DNA of 64,000 nucleotides, taken from NCBI GenBank assembly GCA_964490065.1, contig CAZBBT010000003.1, positions 7,560 through 71,559 on the forward strand. Direction: 5' to 3'. The DNA is from an uncultured Mesorhizobium sp. Its GTDB lineage: Bacteria > Pseudomonadota > Alphaproteobacteria > Rhizobiales > Rhizobiaceae. Shown piece by piece: positions 1-10,168 of the stretch. The notes beneath the pieces are model-generated. The model did no database searches. It was not told where the DNA came from and was given only the letters and a program-made list of their open reading frames with translations. The position numbers and the translations under genes were made by a program. Position 1 is the first letter of the stretch. Each line of letters opens with the position of its first letter.

Positions 1-755
1 TGACAATCTGGCGCCGCATCCTCTCGGGCGAGCCGGCCGATTTCGAGGGCAAATACCTCTCCGCGCATGGCACGGACATCTCGTTCCCGCCGGTCCAGAG
101 GCCGCACCCGCCGCTCTGGTTCGGCGGCTCGTCGGACGCCGGCATCGAGGTCGCGGCCAGGCACATCGACGTCTATCTGAGCTGGGGCGAGCCGGTCGAG
201 CAGGTGAAGGAGAAGTTCGATCGAGTCCGGGCGCGCGCGGCCGCCCTGGGGCGGCGCGTACGCTTCGGCCTGCGCATCAACTTGATCGTGCGCGAGACGG
301 AGGAGGAGGCGTGGGCGGCGGCCGATCGCCTGATAAGCCGGGTGACGGACGACGACGTCGCCGAAGCTCAACATCAATTCACTCAGGTTTCCGAATCCGT
401 TGGCCAGAAGCGCATATCCGCGCTCCACCAGGGCCGCCGCGACAGGCTGGTGGTGGCGCCGAATCTCTGGGCCGGGCTCGGTCTCGTGCGCGGGGGTGCA
501 GGCACGGCCCTCGTGGGCAGCGCCGAGAACGTGGCGGCCCGCATTCGCGAGTATCAGGCGATCGGCGTCGAAACCTTCATCACCTCGGCCTATCCGCATC
601 TGGAGGAAATCTTCAATGTCTCCGAACTGCTGTTCCCGCAGCTCGGCATTGAAAGCGAAGCCGCGCCCGCCGAACGCGGCTGGGACCTCGAATTCGGCCG
701 CGGCGTGGCGCCGGGCGTGGTCGCAGCGCCGCCGCGGCAGCGGGCGGCAGGGTGA
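1..755 (+). CDS. LLM-class flavin-dependent monooxygenase, alkanesulfonate monooxygenase (SsuD/MsuD)-like; 5' end outside window
   Basis: Frame is open from position 3 ([16 protein letters not shown]...DVYLSWGEP) and continues into [32 protein letters not shown] and YPHLEE, all typical of SsuD. Confidence 0.88.
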   Translation, partial: TIWRRILSGEPADFEGKYLSAHGTDISFPPVQRPHPPLWFGGSSDAGIEVAARHIDVYLSWGEPVEQVKEKFDRVRARAAALGRRVRFGLRINLIVRETEEEAWAAADRLISRVTDDDVAEAQHQFTQVSESVGQKRISALHQGRRDRLVVAPNLWAGLGLVRGGAGTALVGSAENVAARIREYQAIGVETFITSAYPHLEEIFNVSELLFPQLGIESEAAPAERGWDLEFGRGVAPGVVAAPPRQRAAG

Positions 756-1327
756 GGGAGGCCGCCGTGCCACATGCAACGGTTGTCGGTTTCTCCGGAA
801 ACATCTCCCGCCCCTCGAAGACATTCGCCTTCGTCAATCATGCGGTGCGCGAGGTCGCGCGTACCACGGGCCTGGCCGGCTACAGCTACGACATCGAGGA
901 TTTCGGGCCTTCGTTGCCAGGAGCGCGTCGTGCCGATGAACTCGATGGGCAGGCGCGGGTGATCCTGGAACGGATCGTCGGCGCCGACATCCTTGTGGTC
1001 GGCACGCCGACCTACAAGGGCAGCTATACAGGTCTGTTCAAGCACTTCTTCGACCTGGTCGATCCGGCGGCGCTGCGCGGCAAGCCGGTGGTGCTGACGG
1101 CAACAGGCGGTGGCGATCGACACGCCCTGATCGCCGAGCATTCGCTGCGACCGCTGTTCGGCTTCTTCGAGGCCCTTTCCGTTCCCACGACGATCTATGC
1201 CGCCGACCGCGACTTCACGGACGGCAAGGTCGCCTCCGAGATCGTGCTGCGCCGGGTGGCGCAGGCGGTGGATCAGGCTGCGAACGCGCTGAAGGTGGTC
1301 AACAGCTTTCCGCTCGCCGCCGAGTAG
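752..1327 (+). CDS. NAD(P)H-dependent FMN reductase (MsuE/SsuE family)
   Basis: Flavodoxin-like motifs [28 protein letters not shown] and [10 protein letters not shown]; overlaps the monooxygenase stop codon. Confidence 0.9.
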   Translation: MREAAVPHATVVGFSGNISRPSKTFAFVNHAVREVARTTGLAGYSYDIEDFGPSLPGARRADELDGQARVILERIVGADILVVGTPTYKGSYTGLFKHFFDLVDPAALRGKPVVLTATGGGDRHALIAEHSLRPLFGFFEALSVPTTIYAADRDFTDGKVASEIVLRRVAQAVDQAANALKVVNSFPLAAE

Positions 1328-1667
1328 AGTCATCCGTGGAGCAGTAGGTCAGGTGACTGATTGCGAGACACACCACTACCATTTGAATTGTCACGACATG
1401 GAATGGAGGGTTCCTCGAACCCCAAACCGACGCACTTGAATATGTTCGCGAATGATTATTACTCCTGATATGAAAAGAGAACCTGCGCTTTCGCGCGGCT
1501 GCCGTTTGCCAGAATAGTGTGTGATCCCTTCGCTATGGCAGTTGGCCCGAATCGACTCGCGGAATTATTCCGGTGCTTTCCAGCGTCCCACCCGACATTC
1601 AGCATCTGAATGCTTAACTTCGTTGAGTTTCATCCAACGCACGAGCGTATGAGTCGCGGTCTATCGT

Positions 1668-2654
1668 TCAAATGTTGTCATCGCGAAATGCAGAGGGCGG
1701 CAGTCCGAATTCGCGGGTGAACAGCTTGGTGAAGTGACTTGTGCTGCTGTAACCGACCGCAAGGGCAATGTCGGTTATACGTGCGTTTGTCTTTGCAAGG
1801 CGGATGCGTGCCTCAGCCAGCCTCGTCTCTTGCAGGTAACGATAGACCGGCTTTCCAAATGCCTCGCGGAAAGCTGTCTTGAGGGTTTTTTCGCCAAATC
1901 CTGTCTTGCGGGCGAGTTCGCCGACTGTCCAGGCGTGGGCCAGATCGGAAAGCATCAGCTCACGTGCCTGCTCGACCCTACGGCGAACACGGGCGACGGT
2001 CGCCTGATGGGGAGCCGGCACGCGCATCATTGCCATCACGGCGCTGATGATGTCGAGGCAGCGGGCTTCGAGCGTAAGATCGCTGCCGCCGGCCAGACTC
2101 GCCTCCAAAAGCGTTCTGGCGACACCGCCCAGTGCGCGAGGTATCGGCAACGAGCCGATCCAGCACCCGGGCATCGATGCGGCATGCAACGGATGTGCCA
2201 CAGTCAGCTTCTCAAACAGGGAACGCGCCCCGAGGCGCTCCAAAAAATGCAGATCGGTGCGTATGTCTATACCGCGAAAACGCGTGCCGACCGGCACATC
2301 GTACACGCCCTTTGCGCCACCTTCGGCAAAGAAGAGATACATCCGGCCTGGGCGGTAGGGAACTGAGCATCCTTCGGCTCCCCTTGCAGGCACGAGCCAT
2401 CCCTGGCCGGTGGCTTCAAACAGCATGTCTATGGCGAAGCAAGGTTCGCTGGCAACCGGTATGCCCAGTTGTGAGCCGACCACAACATCGAAAACCGTCA
2501 GATTAAGACCAGAGCGGATGCCGAAGACTTTGTAGGAACCGGCTGATGCAGGTGCGCCGGTGAGGCGGTCATTCGGAGCGGGACCGATCCTGGCGACGCT
2601 ATCAAGTCCCGATTGCGCAACGGCGCGTTGTTCGACGGTCAGGTCCTGATCCAT
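1668..2654 (-). CDS. AraC-family regulator (PchR/YbtA-like)
   Basis: C-terminal double HTH (LKTAFREAFG...IALAVGYSSTSHFTKLFTREFGLPPS); divergent from siderophore uptake genes. Confidence 0.9.
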   Translation of the reverse strand: MDQDLTVEQRAVAQSGLDSVARIGPAPNDRLTGAPASAGSYKVFGIRSGLNLTVFDVVVGSQLGIPVASEPCFAIDMLFEATGQGWLVPARGAEGCSVPYRPGRMYLFFAEGGAKGVYDVPVGTRFRGIDIRTDLHFLERLGARSLFEKLTVAHPLHAASMPGCWIGSLPIPRALGGVARTLLEASLAGGSDLTLEARCLDIISAVMAMMRVPAPHQATVARVRRRVEQARELMLSDLAHAWTVGELARKTGFGEKTLKTAFREAFGKPVYRYLQETRLAEARIRLAKTNARITDIALAVGYSSTSHFTKLFTREFGLPPSAFRDDNI

Positions 2655-2734
2655 AGCAGTTCATCCGATTTTGCCTGATCCCCCTGGCGCTCGGCTCGGT
2701 GCGGAAAAATTCCTGATCGCGACAATCTAAACCC

Positions 2735-2749
2735 TGATCGTTATAGTCA
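2735..2749. promoter_or_regulatory. Putative RirA-type iron-responsive operator (TGA-N9-TCA)
   Basis: TGAtcgttatagTCA upstream of an iron-uptake operon; short motif, supported mainly by context. Confidence 0.5.
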
Positions 2750-2800
2750 AGTTTGTTTGTGGACGCTAGCGAGACCCCGAACGGGGACACTTGCAACGTC

Positions 2801-4060
2801 ATGATGACCGCCAAGCACACTGCACGCGCGACGCCATACATCGTTCTAGGGCTGCTGGCTGGTGTCTATGCGGCCCAGTCGATCACCGGCAGCATGGTGC
2901 AGACCGCGCTGCCTGTGGTGCTGCGCGATGCCGGCGTGCCGCTCGAGAAGATCGGCTATCTCTCCATTCTCTTCGTGCCCTGGGCGCTGAAATTCCTCTG
3001 GGCGCCGCTGGTCGACAGGTTCGGCACCCAACGAAACTGGATCCTGGCCTGCCAGCTTGTCCTGGTTGTTTGTTTCGCGGTGGCCTCCGCCCTGCCGCCC
3101 GACACGCACTTGGGAGCCCTGTCTGGCGTGCTTCTGGTGATGGCCTTCGTGGCCAGCCTGCAGGATGTCGCCACAGATTCGCTCGGCGTCCACGTCACGA
3201 CCGAGGAAACGCGAGGCCAGGCGAGCGGCGCGAGCACGGCGGGGGGATATCTGGGCTTCCTGATCGGCGGCGGAGCGTGGCTGCCGATCTATGCCTATGC
3301 AGGCTGGGCCGCTTCTATGTGGGTGATGGCCGCCTGTATCGCGCTTCTCACACTTCCCGCCGTGGCGGCGACGCGGCTGGGCCGAACGACCCATGCTGTC
3401 AGGCTGCGGCCGAGCTTTCGGGCGGTGCTGTCAAACAAAACGCTCATGCGCGGCCTCGCCTTTCTCGTGCTCTACCAATGCGGCGTGCGGCTCGGCATCT
3501 CGATGCTGGGCCCATTCATGGTCGATGCCGGGATTTCCGTTGCCGGGATCGGCTGGGTCAAGGGAGCGGGAGGCGCTGTTGCAGGCGCGCTCGCTTCGCT
3601 GCTGGCCGCCTGCGTCACGCAGCGATTCGGGACGGGTCGCGCGCTGGCACTGTTTGCCGTGCTCAACCTGCTGACCTCGGTCGCTCTGGCGGCCTACGCC
3701 TTCGGAGCTTGGCATGCCGTGGCGCCAATGGTGGCGCTGCTACTGCTCCAAAGCGTAGCCGTCGCCATGTCGTTCGTGGCGCTCTATGCGGCGATGATGA
3801 ACTGGTGCGCGTCCGCGCAGGTCGCGACCGATTTCGCCGTGTTGCAAAGCGTCGACGCCATCCTTGCCATCGTCATGGGAGCGGCTGCCGGGCTGCTGGG
3901 GCAGCATTTCGGATATGGCACGATCTTTTGCATTGCCGCCGCGCTGCTCGCGCTCGGAGCCTGGCGTTCGATGGCCCTCCACAATCCCCGGCCAAATGCC
4001 AATACCGACAGCGCGCGCATGCCGACGGCTTCCACAGCTATCCAGGAGTCTATTCGATGA
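2801..4060 (+). CDS. MFS siderophore permease (RhtX/FptX/YbtX, AmpG-like)
   Basis: PWALKFLWAPLVDRFG and ASLQDVATD motifs; about 12 hydrophobic segments. Confidence 0.87.
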   Translation: MMTAKHTARATPYIVLGLLAGVYAAQSITGSMVQTALPVVLRDAGVPLEKIGYLSILFVPWALKFLWAPLVDRFGTQRNWILACQLVLVVCFAVASALPPDTHLGALSGVLLVMAFVASLQDVATDSLGVHVTTEETRGQASGASTAGGYLGFLIGGGAWLPIYAYAGWAASMWVMAACIALLTLPAVAATRLGRTTHAVRLRPSFRAVLSNKTLMRGLAFLVLYQCGVRLGISMLGPFMVDAGISVAGIGWVKGAGGAVAGALASLLAACVTQRFGTGRALALFAVLNLLTSVALAAYAFGAWHAVAPMVALLLLQSVAVAMSFVALYAAMMNWCASAQVATDFAVLQSVDAILAIVMGAAAGLLGQHFGYGTIFCIAAALLALGAWRSMALHNPRPNANTDSARMPTASTAIQESIR

Positions 4061-6060
4061 CCAGAACCCTTTTGACCGGCGTATCCGCACTCGCGCTTTG
4101 CGTGAGCATTGTACCGCGCGTCTTCGCGCAGGACACCCAGCAGGGCGCGACTCTGCTACCGGAACTGATCATTACAGCGACCAAACGCGTCCAGGACGCG
4201 TTCGAGGTCGCCGGCACGCTCGATGCTGCCGAACCGGAAGAACTTAGCGCCAAAGGTGTCGTCAGCGTCGACCAACTGGACGCGGTCTTTGCCGACACGA
4301 GCATTAAGGCCCGTTCCAGTCGCGCCTACACCAATGTCACCATCCGCGGTCAGTCATCTGTCGACTTCTACAATCCAAGCGTCCAGCTCTATGTCGACGG
4401 CGTGCCCCAGGACCCGACCATGTTTGGGCAGTTGCTGCCGGCAGGGCTCGAAAGCGTCGAACTGCTCTACGGCCCGCAAGGTACGCTCTACGGCCGCGGC
4501 GCAGTCGGCGGCGTCATCAACATCGTGACCCGCAAGCCCGACAACCAGTTCAGCGTGGAAGGCGCGGGAACGCTGGAAACACTGGGCGGCAACGCCAACG
4601 TTTTGGTCAATGCGCCGATCGTTGGTGGCGTGCTCTATGGCGACGTCGCGCTTACCTACCGGCGCCAGAACGACGAATATACCGACATGGTGAGCGGAGA
4701 AAAGCTGGGCGGAACCGACGACTGGAACGGCCGCCTGCGTTTGCGCTACGCCCCGCCAGCAAGTCCGCTCGACATTATGGTGACCGCACAGCGTGGAAGG
4801 GTTCGTTCGACCGAAGAGCAGTTTGTCATGGAATCGATGCTGGAGGATCGCATCGCTCTTCCCGTGCCTTCGCACTACGACCTCGACACCACGAGCTACA
4901 GCATCAACGCCTCCTACGATCTGGGATTGGCCACGGTCACCGCGCTCACTGGTTATCAGGACAGCGACCTGGACCGTACCATCTTCGGGTCCTACACTCC
5001 CGAAAGACAGCAGACCTTCAGCCAGGAGCTGCGCATCGCCTCCAATGCGGACCAGAACAATGGGTTGGACTACGTGTTCGGCGTTCATGGGCAGAGGCTG
5101 GATTTCGAGCGGCGCATTCCGCTCTACAGCCAGGTTTCGCAGCAGACCATCGATTCCTACGCGCTGTTCGGCGACGTGACGTGGCATGCGAGCGACCGCC
5201 TCGATATCTCGCCCGGCCTGCGCTTCGATTACGAGAAGGCCAAGGCGCATGCCGAGGGGGGTGTGTCGCTAGATGATGAGGCTAGCTTCGGCGCCGTCTC
5301 GCCCAAGCTCGGCGCGAGCTATGCCGTGACCGACGATTGGCGTGTGTATGGGCTGTTCTCCACCGGCTTCAAGGCCGGCGGCTTCACGCGCACCTTGACG
5401 CCTCAGAACATCGCCTTCACCTACGATCCGCAGCACACCTACAATGGCGAGGCCGGCGTCAAATATCGCGCGCCGGACGGATCGCTCGAAGCCTCCCTGG
5501 CGGCCTACTACAACGTCACCACCGATTACCAGATGTTCGTCGGCGTGCAGCCGATCCAGTATCTGCAAAATGTCGGCAAAGTGACCGCCAAGGGGCTCGA
5601 TCTCAAGGTCCGCGCCCGGCCGACCGATCAGCTCGGCATCACCGCTGGGCTCGGCCTTAACCGCACCACCTTCACCAAATATGACAACCCGGTCACGCCA
5701 GGCGTCGATTACACCGGCAACTTCGTACCCTACGCGCCGGAATTCACGGCCAATTTCGCCATCGACTATGCCTTGGATCTCGCCAATAACTGGGGCCAGA
5801 TCATCCCGCGCGTCGGCCTCACCTATGTCAGTTCGGTCTATTTCGACGAGACAAACACGGTCGGACAGAAGGGCTTCGCGCTGGTCGATCTCGGCCTGTC
5901 GTGGAAGGTCAATGACAAGATCGTGGCCGACCTTTTCGTCAACAATGTCTTTGACAAGACCTACGCGACGTACGGCTTCAATGCCGGCCCGCCCTACGGG
6001 AATGTTTACCAGCTCGGCGAGGGCCGCAGCTTTGGTGCGAATGTCAACTTCACCTTTTGA
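4057..6060 (+). CDS. TonB-dependent siderophore receptor, FyuA/pesticin-receptor-like
   Basis: Start placed at MTRTLLTG (ATGA overlap with MFS stop); signal peptide; plug motif VELLYGPQGTLYGRGAVGGVINIVT; C-terminal Phe. Confidence 0.9.
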   Translation: MTRTLLTGVSALALCVSIVPRVFAQDTQQGATLLPELIITATKRVQDAFEVAGTLDAAEPEELSAKGVVSVDQLDAVFADTSIKARSSRAYTNVTIRGQSSVDFYNPSVQLYVDGVPQDPTMFGQLLPAGLESVELLYGPQGTLYGRGAVGGVINIVTRKPDNQFSVEGAGTLETLGGNANVLVNAPIVGGVLYGDVALTYRRQNDEYTDMVSGEKLGGTDDWNGRLRLRYAPPASPLDIMVTAQRGRVRSTEEQFVMESMLEDRIALPVPSHYDLDTTSYSINASYDLGLATVTALTGYQDSDLDRTIFGSYTPERQQTFSQELRIASNADQNNGLDYVFGVHGQRLDFERRIPLYSQVSQQTIDSYALFGDVTWHASDRLDISPGLRFDYEKAKAHAEGGVSLDDEASFGAVSPKLGASYAVTDDWRVYGLFSTGFKAGGFTRTLTPQNIAFTYDPQHTYNGEAGVKYRAPDGSLEASLAAYYNVTTDYQMFVGVQPIQYLQNVGKVTAKGLDLKVRARPTDQLGITAGLGLNRTTFTKYDNPVTPGVDYTGNFVPYAPEFTANFAIDYALDLANNWGQIIPRVGLTYVSSVYFDETNTVGQKGFALVDLGLSWKVNDKIVADLFVNNVFDKTYATYGFNAGPPYGNVYQLGEGRSFGANVNFTF

Positions 6061-7232
6061 GATTAAAGACCGTGCGCATCCTCATCGTGGGAGCCGGACC
6101 GGCCGGGCTGGCGCTTGCAGCCTCGCTTCACCGCCATGGCATCGCGGCAACCATCGTCGAACGGGCGCCGGCCAACCGCACCGAAGGTTATGCCGTCGGC
6201 CTTCACGTCAACGGTTGGAACCTCGCGGAGCGGCTCGGGCTGCTCGGAAGGTTTCAGGCGCGTGCCATGTCGCTTGGCCGGGCGGAATATCGCAACCCGC
6301 TGGGCCGCAGGCTGTTTGCCTACGACTACCGGGCGCTCGCTTCGGCCACCGGCGGCAAGATGCTCGCCATCATGCGCGATGCGGTACAGGAGATCCTCCT
6401 CGACGCCGTAAAGGACCGCGCGGATATACGTTACGGCATCACGGTCGAGGCATTGGCGGAGCAACCGGAGGGCGTCGACGTCGCCTTCTCAGGAGGCAAG
6501 GTCGAGCGCTTCGACATCGTCGTGGGCGCAGACGGCTACCGCAGCGCGATCCGAGAAATCTGCTTCGGTCCGCACGAAAAGTTCCTGCGGCCGCTCGGCT
6601 ACCGCGCCGCGGCCTGGCGCATGCCTCTCAAAACGTCACTAACGTCCAGCTTCGTCGGCATGATGGATGTCGACCGCCAAGGGGGGCTCTACGCGGTCGG
6701 CGACGGCACGGCTGCAACCCTGTTTTGCTGGCGCGACCCGTCGACGGAACGCGTGCCGCCCGAACGGCGACGAGAAATCCTGCTGGAGCGCTTCGGGGAC
6801 TGGGCGGAGCCAGTGGCTGGCGCGCTGAAGGCGGAAATCGAGTGGCAGCGCGGTTTTTTCGACACCATCACGCAGGTCGAGATGCCCGGCTGGTCGAAGG
6901 GGCGTGTCGTGCTGCTCGGCGATGCCGCCTGGTGCCTTACCTTCCTGTCGGGGCAGGGCACTTCAATGGCGCTTGCCGGCGCCTGGATTCTGGCAAGCGA
7001 GCTTGCGGCAAAACCCTATGCTCAGGCGTTCGCGGGCTATGAAGCGCGCCTGCGCAAATCGGTGGTCCGCTTGCAGGCGACGTCACGCCGCGTCGGCGGT
7101 CATTATATCCCCGAAAGCCAGCTTGGCATGCGCGTCCAGGCATGGACGCTTCCTGTCTTGCTGTCACGTCCGTTCGTGGGGCTGCTTGCGCGGCGCATGC
7201 TGGCCGGAGAATTGCCGCTTGATCCGGCGTAA
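6057..7232 (+). CDS. FAD-dependent monooxygenase (aromatic hydroxylase family)
   Basis: GAGPAG, VVGADG and LLGDAA...GQGTSMAL fingerprints; overlaps receptor stop. Confidence 0.88.
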   Translation: MRLKTVRILIVGAGPAGLALAASLHRHGIAATIVERAPANRTEGYAVGLHVNGWNLAERLGLLGRFQARAMSLGRAEYRNPLGRRLFAYDYRALASATGGKMLAIMRDAVQEILLDAVKDRADIRYGITVEALAEQPEGVDVAFSGGKVERFDIVVGADGYRSAIREICFGPHEKFLRPLGYRAAAWRMPLKTSLTSSFVGMMDVDRQGGLYAVGDGTAATLFCWRDPSTERVPPERRREILLERFGDWAEPVAGALKAEIEWQRGFFDTITQVEMPGWSKGRVVLLGDAAWCLTFLSGQGTSMALAGAWILASELAAKPYAQAFAGYEARLRKSVVRLQATSRRVGGHYIPESQLGMRVQAWTLPVLLSRPFVGLLARRMLAGELPLDPA

Positions 7233-7561
7233 GCGCATGCACGGGAATAGTTCCGGCTTTGGCGGAAGCGGCCGGGATGATTGATAAATCGCAGTCTGGG
7301 CGTTTCGTCTTTCGCTCTCGGGTAGCGGCAGACAGACTTCAATGGTTGGCGTCGAGGCGCAAAGCCGCCGTTGGCGTCAAAAACGGTAACGCAGCAAGAA
7401 GGCCGTCTGGCGGTTCAAGGCTTGAGCGTAACGTCCTCTGACAGGAAGATCAGGCGAAAGGAGAATAGCCATCGCCAAAGAGGAGCGCATGGCCTATCCC
7501 TTGAAAAGACAAGCGTCAGGTGTCATATTGAAACACGACAAATGACGCACCGAGGTGAATC

Positions 7562-7626
7562 ATGACGATCGCGGCCGAGAAGATTGCTCCTGACAGGGGT
7601 ATCGGTGAGCTGCAGAAGGTCACGGA
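7562..7626 (+). pseudogene. 5' stub of a gene cut by IS21, possibly an Xre/MbcA/ParS-type antitoxin
   Basis: RBS GAGGTG then MTIAAEKIAPDRGIGELQKVT running into the IS end; upstream TTGAAA-N17-CATATT; family guess is from the GELQKV N-terminus only. Confidence 0.4.
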
Positions 7627-7698
7627 TGTTGATTTCCGCTGAGAGCTGACCCGGGATTTTCGCCGAGAAGTGACCCGCCTTCATGTATGGTTTGGGTC

Positions 7699-8493
7699 TT
7701 AGGTCTTGGTCAAGGTGGGTGCTTTCTCCTTCTTTGTTGGTGTGGTCTGGGCAGAGCTGTTCTTGAAGCGGAAGCTGTCGTTTCCAGTCTCCATGATGTG
7801 GCAGTGATGGGTGAGCCGATCGAGCAGCGCCGTCGTCATCTTGGCATCGCCGAAGACGGTCGCCCATTCGCTGAAGCTGAGGTTGGTGGTGATGACGACG
7901 CTGGTGCGCTCGTAGAGCGTGCTCAGCAGATGGAACAGCAGCGCCCCGCCTGACGCGCTGAAGGGCAGGTATCCGAGCTCGTCGAGGATGACGAGATCGG
8001 AGTGGGCGAGCCGGTTGGCGATCTGGCCGGCCTTGCCCTGGGCCTTCTCCTGCTCGAGCGTGTTGACGAGCTCGACGGTGGAGAAGAAGCGGACACGCTT
8101 GCGATGATGCTCGACCGCCTGCACGCCAAGGGCGGTGGCGATGTGGGTCTTGCCGGTGCCGGGGCCGCCGACAAGCACGACGTTGTTGGCATCCTCCATG
8201 AACTCGCAGCGATGGAGCTGTCGCACGAGGGCCTCGTTGATCTCGCTGCTGGCAAAGTCGAAGCCGGCCAGGTCGCGATAGACCGGGAAGCGGGCTGCCT
8301 TGAGCTGATAGGCTACGGACCTGACCTCCCGCTCGGCCATCTCGGCCTTCAGGAGTTGCGACAGGATGGGGATGGCGGCCTCGAAGGCGGGAGAAGCCTG
8401 CTCGGTGAGTTCGGCGACGGCCTGCGCCATGCCGTGCATTTTAAGACTTCTGAGCATGACGACGATAGCGCCGCTGGCGGGATCATGACGCAT
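7699..8493 (-). CDS. istB: IS21 helper ATPase IstB
   Basis: GGPGTGKT Walker [10 protein letters not shown] Walker [11 protein letters not shown]. Confidence 0.95.
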   Translation of the reverse strand: MRHDPASGAIVVMLRSLKMHGMAQAVAELTEQASPAFEAAIPILSQLLKAEMAEREVRSVAYQLKAARFPVYRDLAGFDFASSEINEALVRQLHRCEFMEDANNVVLVGGPGTGKTHIATALGVQAVEHHRKRVRFFSTVELVNTLEQEKAQGKAGQIANRLAHSDLVILDELGYLPFSASGGALLFHLLSTLYERTSVVITTNLSFSEWATVFGDAKMTTALLDRLTHHCHIMETGNDSFRFKNSSAQTTPTKKEKAPTLTKT

Positions 8494-10021
8494 GACGCAC
8501 CTCCCGGGTCTGGCGCAGAGCATCGTAGCGCTCGACATTGGCCTGCGGCTCCTTGACCAGGCTCAGCGCCTGCGGCGCATCCACGATCGGCGTCTCGATC
8601 GGTTTGCCGTCGACCAGCCTGTGCAGGAGATTGAGGATGTGGACCTTGGTCGGAACGCCGCCCCGCAAGGCCATCTCCACGGCGGTCAGCACGACCTGCT
8701 CGTCATGCTGCAGGACGAGCGACAGGATCTCGACCATCTCGCGGTCGCCGCCGGGCTTCCTGAGCAGATGCTGCTGCAGCCGTTTGAAGGCATCTGGCAG
8801 TTCGGTGAAGGGCGCGCCGTTGCGCAGGGCACCGGGCTTGCGCTGGATGACCGCCAGATAGTGACGCCAGTCGTAGACGGTGCGACCGGGGCCGTCATGC
8901 GACCGCTCGATGATGCGGCGGTGCTCGCACACGATCTGTCCCTCCGCGGCAACCACGATCCGTTCCGGATAGACCCTGAGGCTGACCGGCCGGTTGGCGA
9001 AGGACGCCGGCACGCTGTAGCGGTTGCGCTCCAGATGGATCAGGCAGGTCGGAGAGACCCGCTTGGTGTATTCGACGAAGCCGTCGAAGAGGCGTGGCAT
9101 CGGCATCAGGAAGCGGGCTTCCTCGACCCGGATGTCTTCGATCGTTCCCGGCCTGAGGCCATGGGGGACTTGTTCCCAAAGCTCTCGACACCGCTGCTCC
9201 AGCCAGTCGTTCAAGGCCTCCAGCGATGGAACGCGCGGTATTGGCTGCCATAGCCGGTGGCGCGCATCCTGGACGTTCTTCTCGACCTGTCCCTTCTCCC
9301 AGCCCGAGGCCGGATTGCAGAACTCGGTCTCGAACAGATAATGGCTGGCCATGGCCGAGAAGCGGGCATTGACCTGACGCTCCTTGCCGCGGCCGATCCT
9401 GTCGACCGCCGTGCGCATGTTGTCGTAGATCCCGCGCCGGGGAACGCCGCCCAGAACCCGGAAGGCGTGGTTGTGGGCGTCGAACAGCATCTCGTGCGTT
9501 TGCAGCGGATAGGCCCGCACGATGAAGGCACGGCTGTAGCTGAGCTTGAAGTGCGCCACCTGAAGCTTGGTGCGCTCGCCGCCGATGACCGCCCAGTCCT
9601 CCGACCAGTCGAACTGGAACGCCTCGCCGGGTTCGAACGCCAGCGGCACGAAGGTGCCGCGCCCGCTCGTTTGCATCTGACGCTGGCGCTCTTCCTTCCA
9701 GGCCCGCGCAAAGGCGGCGACACGACCATATGAGCCCTCATAGCCGAGGCTCATCAGGTCCGCATGCAACTGCTTGATCGTGCGCTTCTGCTTGCGCGGC
9801 CTGTTCGCCTCCGTCCTCAGCCAGGCAGCCAGTCGCTCGGCGTAGGCATCAAGCTTGCTCGGCCGATCCGGCGCCTGGAAGCGGGGCTCCACCTCGTCGG
9901 ATCGCAGGTATTTGCGGATCGTGTTCCGCGACAGTCCCGTGCGCCGTGCAATCTCCCGGATCGAATGTCCGTCCCGCAGATGCCAGCGTCGGATAACGCT
10001 CAGTAACGCCATGTCTATCAC
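8483..10021 (-). CDS. istA: IS21 transposase IstA
   Basis: N-terminal [18 protein letters not shown] and KGQVEK DDE motifs. Confidence 0.95.
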   Translation of the reverse strand: MIDMALLSVIRRWHLRDGHSIREIARRTGLSRNTIRKYLRSDEVEPRFQAPDRPSKLDAYAERLAAWLRTEANRPRKQKRTIKQLHADLMSLGYEGSYGRVAAFARAWKEERQRQMQTSGRGTFVPLAFEPGEAFQFDWSEDWAVIGGERTKLQVAHFKLSYSRAFIVRAYPLQTHEMLFDAHNHAFRVLGGVPRRGIYDNMRTAVDRIGRGKERQVNARFSAMASHYLFETEFCNPASGWEKGQVEKNVQDARHRLWQPIPRVPSLEALNDWLEQRCRELWEQVPHGLRPGTIEDIRVEEARFLMPMPRLFDGFVEYTKRVSPTCLIHLERNRYSVPASFANRPVSLRVYPERIVVAAEGQIVCEHRRIIERSHDGPGRTVYDWRHYLAVIQRKPGALRNGAPFTELPDAFKRLQQHLLRKPGGDREMVEILSLVLQHDEQVVLTAVEMALRGGVPTKVHILNLLHRLVDGKPIETPIVDAPQALSLVKEPQANVERYDALRQTREVRHAS

Positions 10022-10136
10022 TCCAAAGTCCCCTGCGATCAACCAGCAGGGGTGGGTTCAAACATGGGTCACTTCTCGATGGAAAAATCCCTCAATCCCG
10101 GGTCAGTTCTCGGCGGAAATCAACACCGGGGAGATA

Positions 10137-10161
10137 GGCAGTGCGGTTGGGTCGCACTGCC
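10137..10161 (-). terminator. Stem-loop downstream of solute-binding gene
   Basis: GGCAGTGCG-gttgggt-CGCACTGCC perfect 9-bp stem; no strong U-tract. Confidence 0.5.
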
Positions 10162-10168
10162 ACTCGAA

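Larger units (their letters stand above)
7627..10125 (-). mobile_element. IS21-family insertion sequence (2499 bp)
   Basis: 31-bp terminal inverted repeats TGTTGATTTCCGC(T/C)GAGA(G/A)CTGACCCGGGAT with 2 mismatches; subterminal repeats; encloses istA and istB. Confidence 0.95.

Noticed and set aside
1448-1466. Fur-box-like AATGATTATTACT
   Set aside because: Weak match and located between convergent genes
2791-4056. 1089-aa ORF suggesting a giant TonB receptor
   Set aside because: The N-terminal ~420 aa are an off-frame read of the MFS gene; the signal peptide and RBS point to a start at 4057
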